Origin: Nitrospirota bacterium | Lineage (GTDB): Bacteria; Nitrospirota; Nitrospiria; 2-01-FULL-66-17 | Length of the DNA: 64,000 bases | Assembly (NCBI GenBank): GCA_049325295.1 | Contig: JBMOMD010000036.1 | Location: 80,656 to 144,655 of the forward strand | Direction of reading: 5' to 3' | Shown: piece by piece, positions 18,619 through 27,361 of the stretch | How the letters are laid out: every line of letters begins with the position of its first letter | How positions within the stretch are numbered: the first letter of the stretch is position 1 | Position numbers and translations under genes: made by a program | Notes under the pieces: model-generated | What the model was told of the DNA's origin: nothing | Database searches by the model: none | Seen by the model: the letters and a program-made list of their open reading frames with translations, nothing else

Positions 18619-19233
18619 ATGCAGACTCTATCTCCAACCATCACCATGACCCAGACGGCTCGCGAGCAGATTCTGGCGGCCATGAATATGGAAGGCCGCA
18701 CCGCGCACGGCCTACGTTTGATCGTCAAACACGCCGGCACTCGGAACCAGACCTACGGCCTCAGCCTGGTCGAAAAATCGACGCCCGACGTCAACGACTT
18801 GGTCATTGATGTCGACGGCATCCGGGTGTTCTTGGAAAAACACAACACCACGTTCGTGGACGGAGCCACCATCGATTTCTTGAACGGTCCCAGCGGCAGT
18901 GGCTTTAAGATCGACAGCCCCTACAAACCGACCACGGTCGAGATCCCGGCCAATCCGCCCACCGGACCGATGGCCGATGCCGTGCAAAAGGTCATCCGTG
19001 AGCAAGTCAATCCGGCGGTGGCCGGCCACGGCGGGTACGTGTCCTTGGTGGATATCCGGGACGACGTCGTGTTTGTTCGTTTTGGCGGCGGGTGCCACGG
19101 CTGCGGCATGGCCGACGTCACGCTCAAACAGGGCGTGGCCGCCATGATCAAGAAGGCCGTGCCCGAGGTCAAAGACGTGCTCGATATTACCGATCACGCC
19201 AACGGCGCGAATCCGTACTACCAAGCGCACTAA
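18619..19233 (+). CDS. nfuA: Fe-S biogenesis protein NfuA (degenerate A-type carrier N-domain plus Nfu C-domain)
   Basis: N-terminal HesB/IscA-like domain lacking the Cys ligands. C-terminal Nfu domain with the CXXC motif GGGCHGCGMADVTLKQG. Confidence 0.8.
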   Translation: MQTLSPTITMTQTAREQILAAMNMEGRTAHGLRLIVKHAGTRNQTYGLSLVEKSTPDVNDLVIDVDGIRVFLEKHNTTFVDGATIDFLNGPSGSGFKIDSPYKPTTVEIPANPPTGPMADAVQKVIREQVNPAVAGHGGYVSLVDIRDDVVFVRFGGGCHGCGMADVTLKQGVAAMIKKAVPEVKDVLDITDHANGANPYYQAH

Positions 19234-19267
19234 CGCGGCCGCATCGCGAAAATTCGGATCAACCGTC

Positions 19268-19306
19268 GGTGGGGCGTTGCGATGCAACGCCCCACCGTTT
19301 TGTTTT
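19268..19306 (+). terminator. Rho-independent terminator of nfuA
   Basis: GGTGGGGCGTTGC-GAT-GCAACGCCCCACC, a 13-bp perfect stem, followed by GTTTTGTTTT. Confidence 0.75.
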
Positions 19307-19351
19307 CGATGATCCTGGTCGAGAACCGCGACGAAAAGGGGCGTGTTCGGC

Positions 19352-19621
19352 TTACGCCTGGCGGTAAATGTACACGCCCATCAGCACGCCGATGATGCTC
19401 AAGAGATTGATCTTCACGGCGGCGCCGAACGTAAACGAAATAAGGACTAGATCAATCGTGATGGGATCGGTCACGCCGATATCGAGATTCTTGAGAAAGA
19501 GCCCGCTGATGGGGCCGCTGGGAGCCACCGCGCGCAGAATCTCGGCGACCACGCCTCCGAATAGTCCGCCCACGATCACAAAAAAAATCAGCAACCACGG
19601 TGTCTTGCGAAGCACTGCCAT
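19352..19621 (-). CDS. DUF4321-family small membrane protein
   Basis: MAVLRKTPWLLIFFVIVGGLFGGVVAEIL...GVTDPITIDLVLISFTFGAAVKINLLSIIGVLMGVYIYR resembles DUF4321 proteins. The longer upstream start in the ORF track is not used. Confidence 0.5.
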   Translation of the reverse strand: MAVLRKTPWLLIFFVIVGGLFGGVVAEILRAVAPSGPISGLFLKNLDIGVTDPITIDLVLISFTFGAAVKINLLSIIGVLMGVYIYRQA

Positions 19622-19759
19622 TCCGGTTATCCTTCCTCGCGCGCGAAAATTTTCGAAGGACAGTAAAGCGGTTGCTCCCTCGTTGTCAAGACAATCGCGC
19701 ACGTTGATTTGCCGCAAAGCGGAGTGCTACGATGCCGCTTCACTTCAAGGAGTCGAGCA

Positions 19760-20680
19760 ATGCGTTCCGTGATCATCTTGGGCTCGGGGCCGGCCGGATT
19801 AACCGCCGCCCTGTATGCCGCCCGAGCCAACCTCAAACCCCTTGTGGTCGAAGGCGTGCAGGCGGGCGGCCAGCTCACCATCACCACTGAGGTGGAGAAT
19901 TATCCGGGGTTTCCCAAGGGAATTCTCGGTCCGCAGTTGGTCCAAGACATGCGCGAGCAGGCCGAGCGGTTCGGCGCGGAGTTTTTACGCGGCGACGTCA
20001 CCAAGGTCGACCTGTCCAAACCGCTGTTTCGGCTGTGGGTGGAAGGTGAGACCGAACAGCAGTGCGAAACGTTGATCATCGCCACCGGCGCCTCGGCGAA
20101 ATTGCTCGGCCTGGAGTCCGAACGGCGTTTGATGGGCCGCGGGGTGTCCGCGTGCGCGACGTGTGACGGCTTCTTCTTCCGCGATCGACGCGTGATCGTG
20201 GTCGGGGGCGGCGACACCGCGATCGAAGAGGCCACGTTCCTGACCAAGTTCGCGTCGCAGGTGACGGTCGTGCATCGTCGCGACCGGCTGCGCGCCTCGA
20301 AGGTGATGCAGGATCGCGCGCGGAAGAACCCAAAAATCGACTTTGCGTGGAACAGCGCGATCGAGGAGATTCTCGGCGCTGAACACGTCGAGCGGGTGCG
20401 CTTGCGCGACGTGAATACGCGTGCCGTGACGGAACGCGCCGTCGACGGCGTGTTCGTCGCGATCGGGCACCAACCCAACACCGCGCTGTTTGCGGGACAA
20501 TTGGCCATGAACGACGTGGGGTATATTCTGACCTCGAACGGGACCAAGACCACCGTGCCGGGCGTGTTCGCGGCCGGCGACGTGCAGGACCCGGTGTACC
20601 GTCAAGCCGTGACCGCGGCGGGGTCGGGGTGCATGGCCGCGATCGACGCGGAACGGTACCTGGAAGCGCGTCACGGCTAA
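19760..20680 (+). CDS. trxB: Thioredoxin-disulfide reductase
   Basis: FAD motif [17 protein letters not shown], redox-active CATCDG, NADPH motif [12 protein letters not shown]. An AAGGAG RBS precedes the ATG at 19760. Confidence 0.9.
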   Translation: MRSVIILGSGPAGLTAALYAARANLKPLVVEGVQAGGQLTITTEVENYPGFPKGILGPQLVQDMREQAERFGAEFLRGDVTKVDLSKPLFRLWVEGETEQQCETLIIATGASAKLLGLESERRLMGRGVSACATCDGFFFRDRRVIVVGGGDTAIEEATFLTKFASQVTVVHRRDRLRASKVMQDRARKNPKIDFAWNSAIEEILGAEHVERVRLRDVNTRAVTERAVDGVFVAIGHQPNTALFAGQLAMNDVGYILTSNGTKTTVPGVFAAGDVQDPVYRQAVTAAGSGCMAAIDAERYLEARHG

Positions 20681-20692
20681 GACGAGGAGACC

Positions 20693-21076
20693 ATGGGAGA
20701 GATCAAAAAGCTCGCGGCGCTTCAGCGCTTTTCAGCGGAGAAAATGCAGAAGGTCGGGCTGTTCGAGACGCCGCGGTTGTTTTGCGATCTGTACTGTCTT
20801 GAGGCCGGTCAAGCCCAGAAGGCGCACAGCCACGGCGACGCGGACAAGGTGTATCTGGTGCTTGAAGGCCGCGCCCAGGTGCAAGTCGGCGCGGACCGGA
20901 TCGAGCTCGGACCGCACGAGGCCGTAATCGCGCCGGCCGGCGCGGACCACGGGGTGAGCAATCCCGGGCCCGGTCGACTGGTGCTGTATGTATTTGTGGC
21001 GCAGAGCCCTGCAACGGGCGGCGGTTCGCACGGACATGGCCACGGGCATGACCACGGGCACGGCCATCGACATTAA
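20693..21076 (+). CDS. Cupin-domain protein with a C-terminal His-rich tail
   Basis: Cupin_2 core (HSHGDADKVYLVLEG...HEAVIAPAGADHGVSN). The tail is GGGSHGHGHGHDHGHGHRH. Confidence 0.65.
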   Translation: MGEIKKLAALQRFSAEKMQKVGLFETPRLFCDLYCLEAGQAQKAHSHGDADKVYLVLEGRAQVQVGADRIELGPHEAVIAPAGADHGVSNPGPGRLVLYVFVAQSPATGGGSHGHGHGHDHGHGHRH

Positions 21077-21142
21077 GGACGAGTGACTCGACCGACGCGG
21101 GATACGTCGGTCGGACGAGAAGATTTCAGCCAGGAGGGCGTT

Positions 21143-22414
21143 ATGGAACACCGCACGACACACTGCCACCGCTTCACACAGATCATTAGCGCGTTGATCT
21201 TGGTCCTTGTCGTGGTTCTGGGATCAACCGTGCAATCGGTTGTTCACGCCGCGTCTTCCGCGTTGGAAGCGGGGAAGGCGGCCGAGTCGCGCAAGGACTA
21301 TGAGGCGGCCGCCGCCGCGTACCAGCGAGCCGTCGCCGAAGCGCCCACATCTTCTGAGCCTCTCTACCGGCTGGCCATCGCGCTTCGCGCGCTGGATCGC
21401 CGTGACGAGGCCGCCGAGTCGCTGACCAAGGCGTTGGAGATCACGCCCGGCTACGGCGACGCGCTGGTGTTGTTGGCGCAAGTCCAAGAAGAGCGTGAAC
21501 TGTGGACCGACGCGATCGCGGCGTACCTCAAGGCCGTGGAGTCCGGCGTCAAAACCGTGGATCTCTATGGCCGCCTCGCCGGGGCATATCGCCACACCCG
21601 CGACTACGAGAACGCGCTGAAGATTTACCAACAGGCGCTCGCGCAAGAACCCGCCAATATCGCCACGCGTTATCAACTCGCCAACACGCTCGCGGAAATG
21701 GACCGCGGCGACGAGGCGTTGGCGGAGTACGACAAGATCCTGGCAAAAGACCCGAGTTTTTACATGGTGCATTTCCAGAAGGGTTTGGTGTACAAACGGC
21801 AAGACAACCTCGATCCGGCTGAAGCCGAGTTTACGGCCGTCTTGACCGCCAATCCCGAGATGGCCAGCGCCTTTTTCGAGTTGGGACAGGTCTACGCGCG
21901 GATGAACAAACCGGGGGCCGCGGCCGCCGCGTACCGCGAGGTGGCCGCGATCAACCCTTACGTGGGCAACGTCAACACCCGTCTCGGAGAGATGGCCCTG
22001 GCCGACAACAAACTCGACTCCGCGATCGCATACCTCAAGAAGGCGCTTGAGCGCGACACGGAGCCATTCATGATCTATTTCCACCTTGCCAACGCCTACC
22101 AGAAACGCGGCAATCTCCTTGAGGCGGCCGATGCATATCAACAGGTCATCAAGCTCTTCCCCGTGTTGTTCGACGCCCGCTACAATTTGGGAATGGTCTA
22201 CAGCAAGCAGAAGCGCTGGACTGAAGCGGCCAGCGAGTTCGAAGAAACCCTGAAGCTCAACGCGCGATTCAGCCCGGCTCATTATCAGTTGGCGGCGGTG
22301 CAGTCGAAACTCGGCAAGCGACAGGAAGCCAAGCAGCACCTTGAAATGTACTTAAAGAACGCGCCGGACGGCGAGTATGTCGCCGATGCCAGGAAACTCC
22401 TCGCGTCCCTGTAG
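21143..22414 (+). CDS. Tetratricopeptide-repeat protein with an N-terminal signal/anchor
   Basis: At least 10 TPR-like repeats (A..Y...L...P....A...LA.....G). Hydrophobic N-terminus ISALILVLVVVLGSTVQSVVHA. A GGAGG RBS precedes the ATG at 21143. Confidence 0.7.
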   Translation: MEHRTTHCHRFTQIISALILVLVVVLGSTVQSVVHAASSALEAGKAAESRKDYEAAAAAYQRAVAEAPTSSEPLYRLAIALRALDRRDEAAESLTKALEITPGYGDALVLLAQVQEERELWTDAIAAYLKAVESGVKTVDLYGRLAGAYRHTRDYENALKIYQQALAQEPANIATRYQLANTLAEMDRGDEALAEYDKILAKDPSFYMVHFQKGLVYKRQDNLDPAEAEFTAVLTANPEMASAFFELGQVYARMNKPGAAAAAYREVAAINPYVGNVNTRLGEMALADNKLDSAIAYLKKALERDTEPFMIYFHLANAYQKRGNLLEAADAYQQVIKLFPVLFDARYNLGMVYSKQKRWTEAASEFEETLKLNARFSPAHYQLAAVQSKLGKRQEAKQHLEMYLKNAPDGEYVADARKLLASL

Positions 22415-22417
22415 CGA

Positions 22418-23137
22418 ATGGCGCGTCCGAAGCCGATCCGCCTGAATACCGCCTCGGCGCGTGCGTTTCAGCGGCGGCTATTGGCCTGGTATCGCCGCCA
22501 TGGACGGGACCTGCCCTGGCGCAAGACCTCCGACCCCTACGAAATTTTGGTTTCGGAGATCATGCTGCAGCAGACCCAGGTCGAACGCGTGATTCCGAAG
22601 TATCACGAGTTCTTGGGGAAGTACCCCACGCTCGAAGAGTTGGCCGCCGCGCCGGTGGATCACGTCAAACAAACCTGGTATCCGCTCGGATACAACATTC
22701 GGCCGGTCCGCCTCCACGGGATCGCGTGTGAGGCCGTGGCTCGGTACGGTGGCGAGATCCCGTCGTCCGAGGAAGACCTGTTGTCGATGAAAGGGATCGG
22801 CCGGTACACCGCGGGCGCGGTGCGCAGTTTCGCGTTCGGCGTTGACGCGCCGATTCTGGATACGAACGTGGCGCGCGTGCTCTCCCGCGTGTTTCTTCCC
22901 AAAGCCGACCCCAAACGCGGGGCGGACAAGACCAAGCTGTGGCAACTCTCCGAAGCCCTGATCCCGTCCGGCAAGGGATACGACTTCAACCAGGCGCTGA
23001 TGGATTTCGGCGCCACGGTGTGCACGGCGCGCAAACCCGCGTGCCCGACCTGCACCATGCGGCCGATTTGCAAGAGCTATCAACGCCCGGCGCGCCCGCG
23101 TGTCGCCCGCAAACCCCGAACCCCGTCCCGCGGTTGA
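22418..23137 (+). CDS. mutY: A/G-specific adenine DNA glycosylase MutY, catalytic (HhH-GPD plus 4Fe-4S) domain only
   Basis: LLAWYRRHGRDLPWRKTSDPYEILVSEIMLQQTQVERV, HhH-GPD loop LLSMKGIGRYTAGAV, and cluster motif C-x6-C-x2-C-x5-C at the C-terminus. There is no C-terminal 8-oxoG-recognition domain in this frame. Confidence 0.8.
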   Translation: MARPKPIRLNTASARAFQRRLLAWYRRHGRDLPWRKTSDPYEILVSEIMLQQTQVERVIPKYHEFLGKYPTLEELAAAPVDHVKQTWYPLGYNIRPVRLHGIACEAVARYGGEIPSSEEDLLSMKGIGRYTAGAVRSFAFGVDAPILDTNVARVLSRVFLPKADPKRGADKTKLWQLSEALIPSGKGYDFNQALMDFGATVCTARKPACPTCTMRPICKSYQRPARPRVARKPRTPSRG

Positions 23138-23510
23138 AGTCGCCGCGGCCGTGATCGTGGACCGCGGCCGCTACCTGATCGCGCGTCGGCGCGACGACGC
23201 CGTGTTAGGCGGGTACTGGGAGTTTCCCGGCGGCAAACGTCGCCCGCATGAAACGATCGCGGCCTGCCTGCGTCGCGAAGTGCGGGAGGAGGTGGGCGTC
23301 GACATCGCGGTCGGCGAGGTCATCGAACACGTCGTTCACCAGTATCCTCACGGCACGGTGGACATCACGTTTGTGCGCGGCACACTGGCGCAGGGTGAAC
23401 CCGCTGCGCGCGGCTGCGCGGAGGTCCGGTGGGTCACCCCGTCCGAGCTTCCCGCGCATCGATTCCCCTCGGCGAACGACGCGCTGATCCGTCGATTGTC
23501 CGGATCCTGA
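23100..23510 (+). CDS. Nudix hydrolase (MutT-like), overlapping the mutY 3' end in the +1 frame
   Basis: Complete Nudix box GGKRRPHETIAACLRREVREEVGV (Gx5Ex7REUxEExGU). GTG start at 23100. Confidence 0.75.
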   Translation: MSPANPEPRPAVEVAAAVIVDRGRYLIARRRDDAVLGGYWEFPGGKRRPHETIAACLRREVREEVGVDIAVGEVIEHVVHQYPHGTVDITFVRGTLAQGEPAARGCAEVRWVTPSELPAHRFPSANDALIRRLSGS

Positions 23511-23558
23511 CTCCTCGTCCGGCTTGCAACCCGCCACACGCTCCGGTATCGTACCGGC

Positions 23559-24722
23559 GTGCGGTACGCGCTGGTCCATTACCATGAACTCACCCTGAAA
23601 AAGGGCAATCGCGCCTATTTTGTCAGGCGGTTGATCAGGAATTTACAGAAGGGGCTCAAGGGCACCGGCGTCAGCGAGATCACCCAGGAAGGCGCGCGAC
23701 TGTTGGTCGCGCTCCACGATCACGCAAATGAGGTCGAGATTCGCGCGCGGCTGGCCCGTACGTTCGGCGTGGCCAACTTCGCCATTGCCCGCTGGCTTCC
23801 GCTCGACATGGCCGCGCTCACCCAGGCCGTGACGGACGCGGTGAAGTCCCGCACGTTCGCGTCCTTTCGCATATCAGCCAAACGCGGCAACAAGGCGTTT
23901 GCGCTCACGTCCAATCAGATCAACGTCCAACTCGGCGACGCAGTCCGTCGGCTCACCGGGGCGCGGGTGGATCTGGAGGGCCCCGAGCTGACCATCCACG
24001 CGGAAATCATCGACCGCGGCATTCTGCTCTCGCTTGATCGTTGTGCCGGACCCGGCGGCCTGCCGGCCGGAGTGTCGGGACGGGTCGCGTGCCTGATGTC
24101 GGGCGGGCTCGATTCGCCGGTGGCCGCGTATCGCATGATGAAACGCGGGGCGTACGTGGTCTTCGTGCATTTTCACAGCCACCCGTTCGTGTCGCGCGCG
24201 TCGCAGGAAAAAGCCAAGGAGTTGGCCGAGCTGTTGACTCGGTACCAGTATGCCTCGCGTTTGTTCCTGGTTCCCTTCGGCGAGGTGCAGCGCGACGTGG
24301 TGCTCGCGGTTCCCGCGCCGTTGCGCGTGATCGTGTATCGTCGGTTGATGGTCCGCATCGCCGAGGCCGTCGCCCGCTCGGTTCGCGCGCAGGCGTTGGT
24401 CACCGGCGAGGCGTTGGGACAGGTGGCGTCGCAAACGTTGTCGAACATGACGAGCGTGGACGCCGCGGCAACCATGCCGATCTTGCGCCCCTTGGTCGGA
24501 ATGGACAAGGAAGAGATCGTACACCAGGCGCAAGCGATCGGGACGTACGACATCTCGATCCAACCCGACGAAGACTGCTGCACCCTGTTTACGCCCAAAC
24601 ACCCGGCCACGGCGTCGACCGTCGAAGCGGTCGAAGCGGCCGAAGCCAACCTCAACGTTGCGGCATTGGTCCAATCGGCGGTGGACAAGGTCGAGGAAAC
24701 ACGGTTCGCGTTCCCCGCGTAG
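23559..24722 (+). CDS. thiI: tRNA 4-thiouridine(8) synthase ThiI (THUMP plus PP-loop)
   Basis: N-terminal THUMP region and PP-loop CLMSGGLDSPVAAYRMMKRG. Confidence 0.9.
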   Translation: MRYALVHYHELTLKKGNRAYFVRRLIRNLQKGLKGTGVSEITQEGARLLVALHDHANEVEIRARLARTFGVANFAIARWLPLDMAALTQAVTDAVKSRTFASFRISAKRGNKAFALTSNQINVQLGDAVRRLTGARVDLEGPELTIHAEIIDRGILLSLDRCAGPGGLPAGVSGRVACLMSGGLDSPVAAYRMMKRGAYVVFVHFHSHPFVSRASQEKAKELAELLTRYQYASRLFLVPFGEVQRDVVLAVPAPLRVIVYRRLMVRIAEAVARSVRAQALVTGEALGQVASQTLSNMTSVDAAATMPILRPLVGMDKEEIVHQAQAIGTYDISIQPDEDCCTLFTPKHPATASTVEAVEAAEANLNVAALVQSAVDKVEETRFAFPA

Positions 24723-24726
24723 CAGA

Positions 24727-25449
24727 TCAAAGCAGACGACGGAGTTCCGCGAGGTCGGCGATGATCGGATGGTGGATCTCCCGATCGATCGGACGCCCGC
24801 GCGTGTACCACGCCGCGGCAAGGCCGGCTTGAGCGGCGGCCTGCACGTCCAATTCGAAGTTGTCCCCCACAAACAGCGCCTCATGAGCGGAGGCCTCCAA
24901 TCGCTGTAATGCGGTTTCGAACATCACGCGGTGAGGTTTGCGCCAGCCGACTTCGTCCGAAACGATCACCACATCGAAGAACTCCGCCAGACGATCGCGC
25001 CTGAGCACCTCGTGCACGGTGGGCGCGTGGTCAAAGTTTGACACGATGCCGAGGCGAACCCGTTGCGACAAATCCGACACCCCTTCGCGATGGTGCGAGG
25101 GCGTGACCAGCGCGTCCGCCAACCGGCTCATGTGAGTCTTGACCAATCGAAGCGCCTCTACGGGCCCTGCCGGCAGGGCGAGTCGTTCCAGGACGCGGCG
25201 AAATCGCTCCTGCGAGGTCACTTCGCGGTGGTCAGCGTCGCGTTGGGCCGCAATCTCGGCGGTAACCGCTTTGAGGCAGGCAAAAAACGCGTCGAACGCC
25301 ACCGGAGGCGGCGCGCCGATCGCGTCGTAGATGGCGCGCGCGGTTGATCGGGTGGGTTGAGAATCGATCTCAACGAGCGGCAGGCGCTCGGCGTCAAAAT
25401 GCACGAGCGTGTCGCAGAGATCAAAGAGAACGGCGCGGATTCGGGGCAT
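24727..25449 (-). CDS. HAD-superfamily hydrolase (subfamily IA-like)
   Basis: Motif I AVLFDLCDTLV, motif II and a C-terminal VGDNFELD-type motif IV. Confidence 0.75.
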   Translation of the reverse strand: MPRIRAVLFDLCDTLVHFDAERLPLVEIDSQPTRSTARAIYDAIGAPPPVAFDAFFACLKAVTAEIAAQRDADHREVTSQERFRRVLERLALPAGPVEALRLVKTHMSRLADALVTPSHHREGVSDLSQRVRLGIVSNFDHAPTVHEVLRRDRLAEFFDVVIVSDEVGWRKPHRVMFETALQRLEASAHEALFVGDNFELDVQAAAQAGLAAAWYTRGRPIDREIHHPIIADLAELRRLL

Positions 25450-25472
25450 GGGGCAGGGCCCGGCCCCGGACG

Positions 25473-25964
25473 TTAATTGAGTTGCTCGATCGCCTCTTTG
25501 ACCAACCGCTTGGAATCCGCGTCGGTCAGGTTCCGGCGGATCACGCGCTCGGTCGCGGCGAGCACCAGATCCACCGCCTGCTCGCGCAGCTCCTTGCTCA
25601 GGCGCAGGCGCTCACGCGCGATTTCGTCGCGCGAAGCCGCGAGCGTGCGATCGGTTTCCTCTTTGACCCGGCGTTGCGTTTCGTCCGCGAGTTGTTGGCC
25701 CTGCTTACGCGCCTGATCCAACATGGCCGTGGCTTCCTGCTGCGCGGCTTTGAGCTTGGCCTGGTATTCCGCCAACAACTGCTCGGCCTCTTTGCGCGCC
25801 TGTTCGGCCTTGGCCAGGTTCTGGGCAATGGTGCGCTCGCGCGCGTCCAGCATCTCCGTGATCGCGGGAAACGCGTACCGCTTCAGCAGAAACAGCAGTA
25901 TCGCGAACGAAACCGCCGACCAGAACAGCAACGGGGTCAGAAAATGGGTGTCAAACTGAGGCAT
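25473..25964 (-). CDS. atpF: F0F1 ATP synthase subunit b
   Basis: Single N-terminal TM then a long charged coiled coil (AQNLAKAEQARKEAEQLLAEYQAKL...). Confidence 0.85.
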   Translation of the reverse strand: MPQFDTHFLTPLLFWSAVSFAILLFLLKRYAFPAITEMLDARERTIAQNLAKAEQARKEAEQLLAEYQAKLKAAQQEATAMLDQARKQGQQLADETQRRVKEETDRTLAASRDEIARERLRLSKELREQAVDLVLAATERVIRRNLTDADSKRLVKEAIEQLN

Positions 25965-25983
25965 GACGTTATTACTCCAGGAC

Positions 25984-26077
25984 GGAGAGCCTGTTCAGGA
26001 GCGCGCCAGATGCCAGGCGCCGCGAGCACCGGATGCGCAGCGGCAACGCCGCAGATGGCCGCTCATGGACGGGCTCC
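25984..26077 (-). repeat. Copy A (short variant) of a dispersed structured intergenic repeat; fills the atpE-atpF spacer
   Basis: It shares 5' CCAGATGC(C/A)AGGCGCCGC and 3' GCGGCAACGCCGCAGATGGCC...TCATGGAC(G/A)GGCT with the copies at 28578-28664 and 48283-48410. A closing stem is formed by GGAGAGCCTGTTCAGGA and TCATGGACGGGCTCC. It abuts the atpE stop codon. The strand is given as that of the flanking transcripts. Confidence 0.6.
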
Positions 26078-26307
26078 TATCCGCGCAGACCCATGATGAT
26101 GAACGCAATGACCAAACCATACAACGCGATGGCTTCCACCAGCGCGAACCCGATCCACATGTACTTGCCGACCTTGGCCTCGGCCGCGGGTTGCCGGGCC
26201 GTGGATTCGATCATTTTCCCGAAAATGTAGCCGATACCGATGCCCGCGCCGCCGAATCCCGCCGCCGCGATGCCCATGCCCAACAACGCCGCTGCCGATG
26301 CATCCAT
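26077..26307 (-). CDS. atpE: F0F1 ATP synthase subunit c
   Basis: Two TM hairpins with GIGIGYIFG and the conserved carboxylate helix. AAGGAG RBS precedes the ATG at 26307. The upstream extension in the ORF track is rejected. Confidence 0.85.
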   Translation of the reverse strand: MDASAAALLGMGIAAAGFGGAGIGIGYIFGKMIESTARQPAAEAKVGKYMWIGFALVEAIALYGLVIAFIIMGLRG

Positions 26308-26338
26308 TCGTGTTCTCCTTCTCGTCGTTAGCGACCGG

Positions 26339-27064
26339 TCAATGCAACTTGACCGCATCTCCGATATATACGCACGCCAAAATCGTAAAAATATACGCCT
26401 GAATAAACGCTACGAACACTTCGAGTCCGTAGATGGCCACGGTAAACCCAAACGGCAGTGGCTTAAGAAAGATCGGCGCGGTCATCATTAGCGAGAACAA
26501 GACTATCAAGATGATGTGCCCCGCTGTCATATTGGCAAAGAGTCGGACCGCCAAGGTCACGGGGCGCAATAAATGGCTAAAGAGTTCCAAGGGCACCATG
26601 AATGGCATCAGCCAAGCCGGCGTTCCTGGAGGCGTGAGGACCGACAAAAAATGGGTACCGTGAAGGGTGAAACCAACGACCAAACTGATGGTGTACACGA
26701 CCAGCGCAAAAAATCCGGTGACGATCAACTGGCTGGTAACCGTGTACGATCCGGGGATCAGACCCAACAGATTCGCAAAGAGGACAAAGAAAAACAGCGT
26801 GGCGATAAAGGGGAAAAACCGATTCCCCATTGGCCCCATATTATCCACCGCCAATCCTCGCAGAAATTCCACGGCAACTTCCGCGATGTTCTGCATTCGG
26901 CGGGGTACGAGGGTTTGGCCTCGCGTGGCCACATAGAAAAATAGAAACACCAACCCGCACGCGATCCACATCATCACGATCGCTTTATTGATCGAGACGT
27001 CGATCCCGAACAGCGAGAGCGGGATCCAGGGATGCAATTCAAAATGGTGAAGCGGGTTTTCCAT
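26339..27064 (-). CDS. atpB: F0F1 ATP synthase subunit a
   Basis: Five TM segments with the conserved Arg-containing helix LAVRLFANMTAGH. Confidence 0.9.
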   Translation of the reverse strand: MENPLHHFELHPWIPLSLFGIDVSINKAIVMMWIACGLVFLFFYVATRGQTLVPRRMQNIAEVAVEFLRGLAVDNMGPMGNRFFPFIATLFFFVLFANLLGLIPGSYTVTSQLIVTGFFALVVYTISLVVGFTLHGTHFLSVLTPPGTPAWLMPFMVPLELFSHLLRPVTLAVRLFANMTAGHIILIVLFSLMMTAPIFLKPLPFGFTVAIYGLEVFVAFIQAYIFTILACVYIGDAVKLH

Positions 27065-27067
27065 CGT

Positions 27068-27274
27068 CTACAGGTTTCGTACCAGCCGGAGGATGCCGAG
27101 TACTCCGGCGGCCGCTCCCAAGAACACGCCCACGATCATCAACCACGGCCCGGTGCCCAACCACTGATCCAGACCGTATCCCAAGCCGATGCCCACCACC
27201 GTGGCGGCCACCAGTTCAACGCCGACTCGGCCCGCGAGCGCGAGCCCCTTGCGGAACGCGTCGTCCTCGGCCAT
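27068..27274 (-). CDS. Small hydrophobic ATP synthase protein I-like (AtpI/AtpZ-like) ORF at the head of the F0 operon
   Basis: 68-aa, two-TM protein immediately upstream of atpB on the same strand. The call rests on position and hydrophobicity only. Confidence 0.4.
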   Translation of the reverse strand: MAEDDAFRKGLALAGRVGVELVAATVVGIGLGYGLDQWLGTGPWLMIVGVFLGAAAGVLGILRLVRNL

Positions 27275-27361
27275 CGGGCGCCTCTCAAAGGTCGGTACTG
27301 TACCGGAAACGCGCGCGGCGAGTCAAGCGAGAGAGATAAAAATGTTTGTAAGTTCAGCGGG

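Noticed and set aside
21224-22339. 371-aa minus-strand ORF
   Set aside because: It is antisense to the TPR gene.
23874-24884. 336-aa and 212-aa minus-strand ORFs
   Set aside because: They are antisense to thiI and the HAD gene junction and contain no domains.
25344-26096. 250-aa plus-strand ORF
   Set aside because: It is antisense to atpF and spans repeat copy A.
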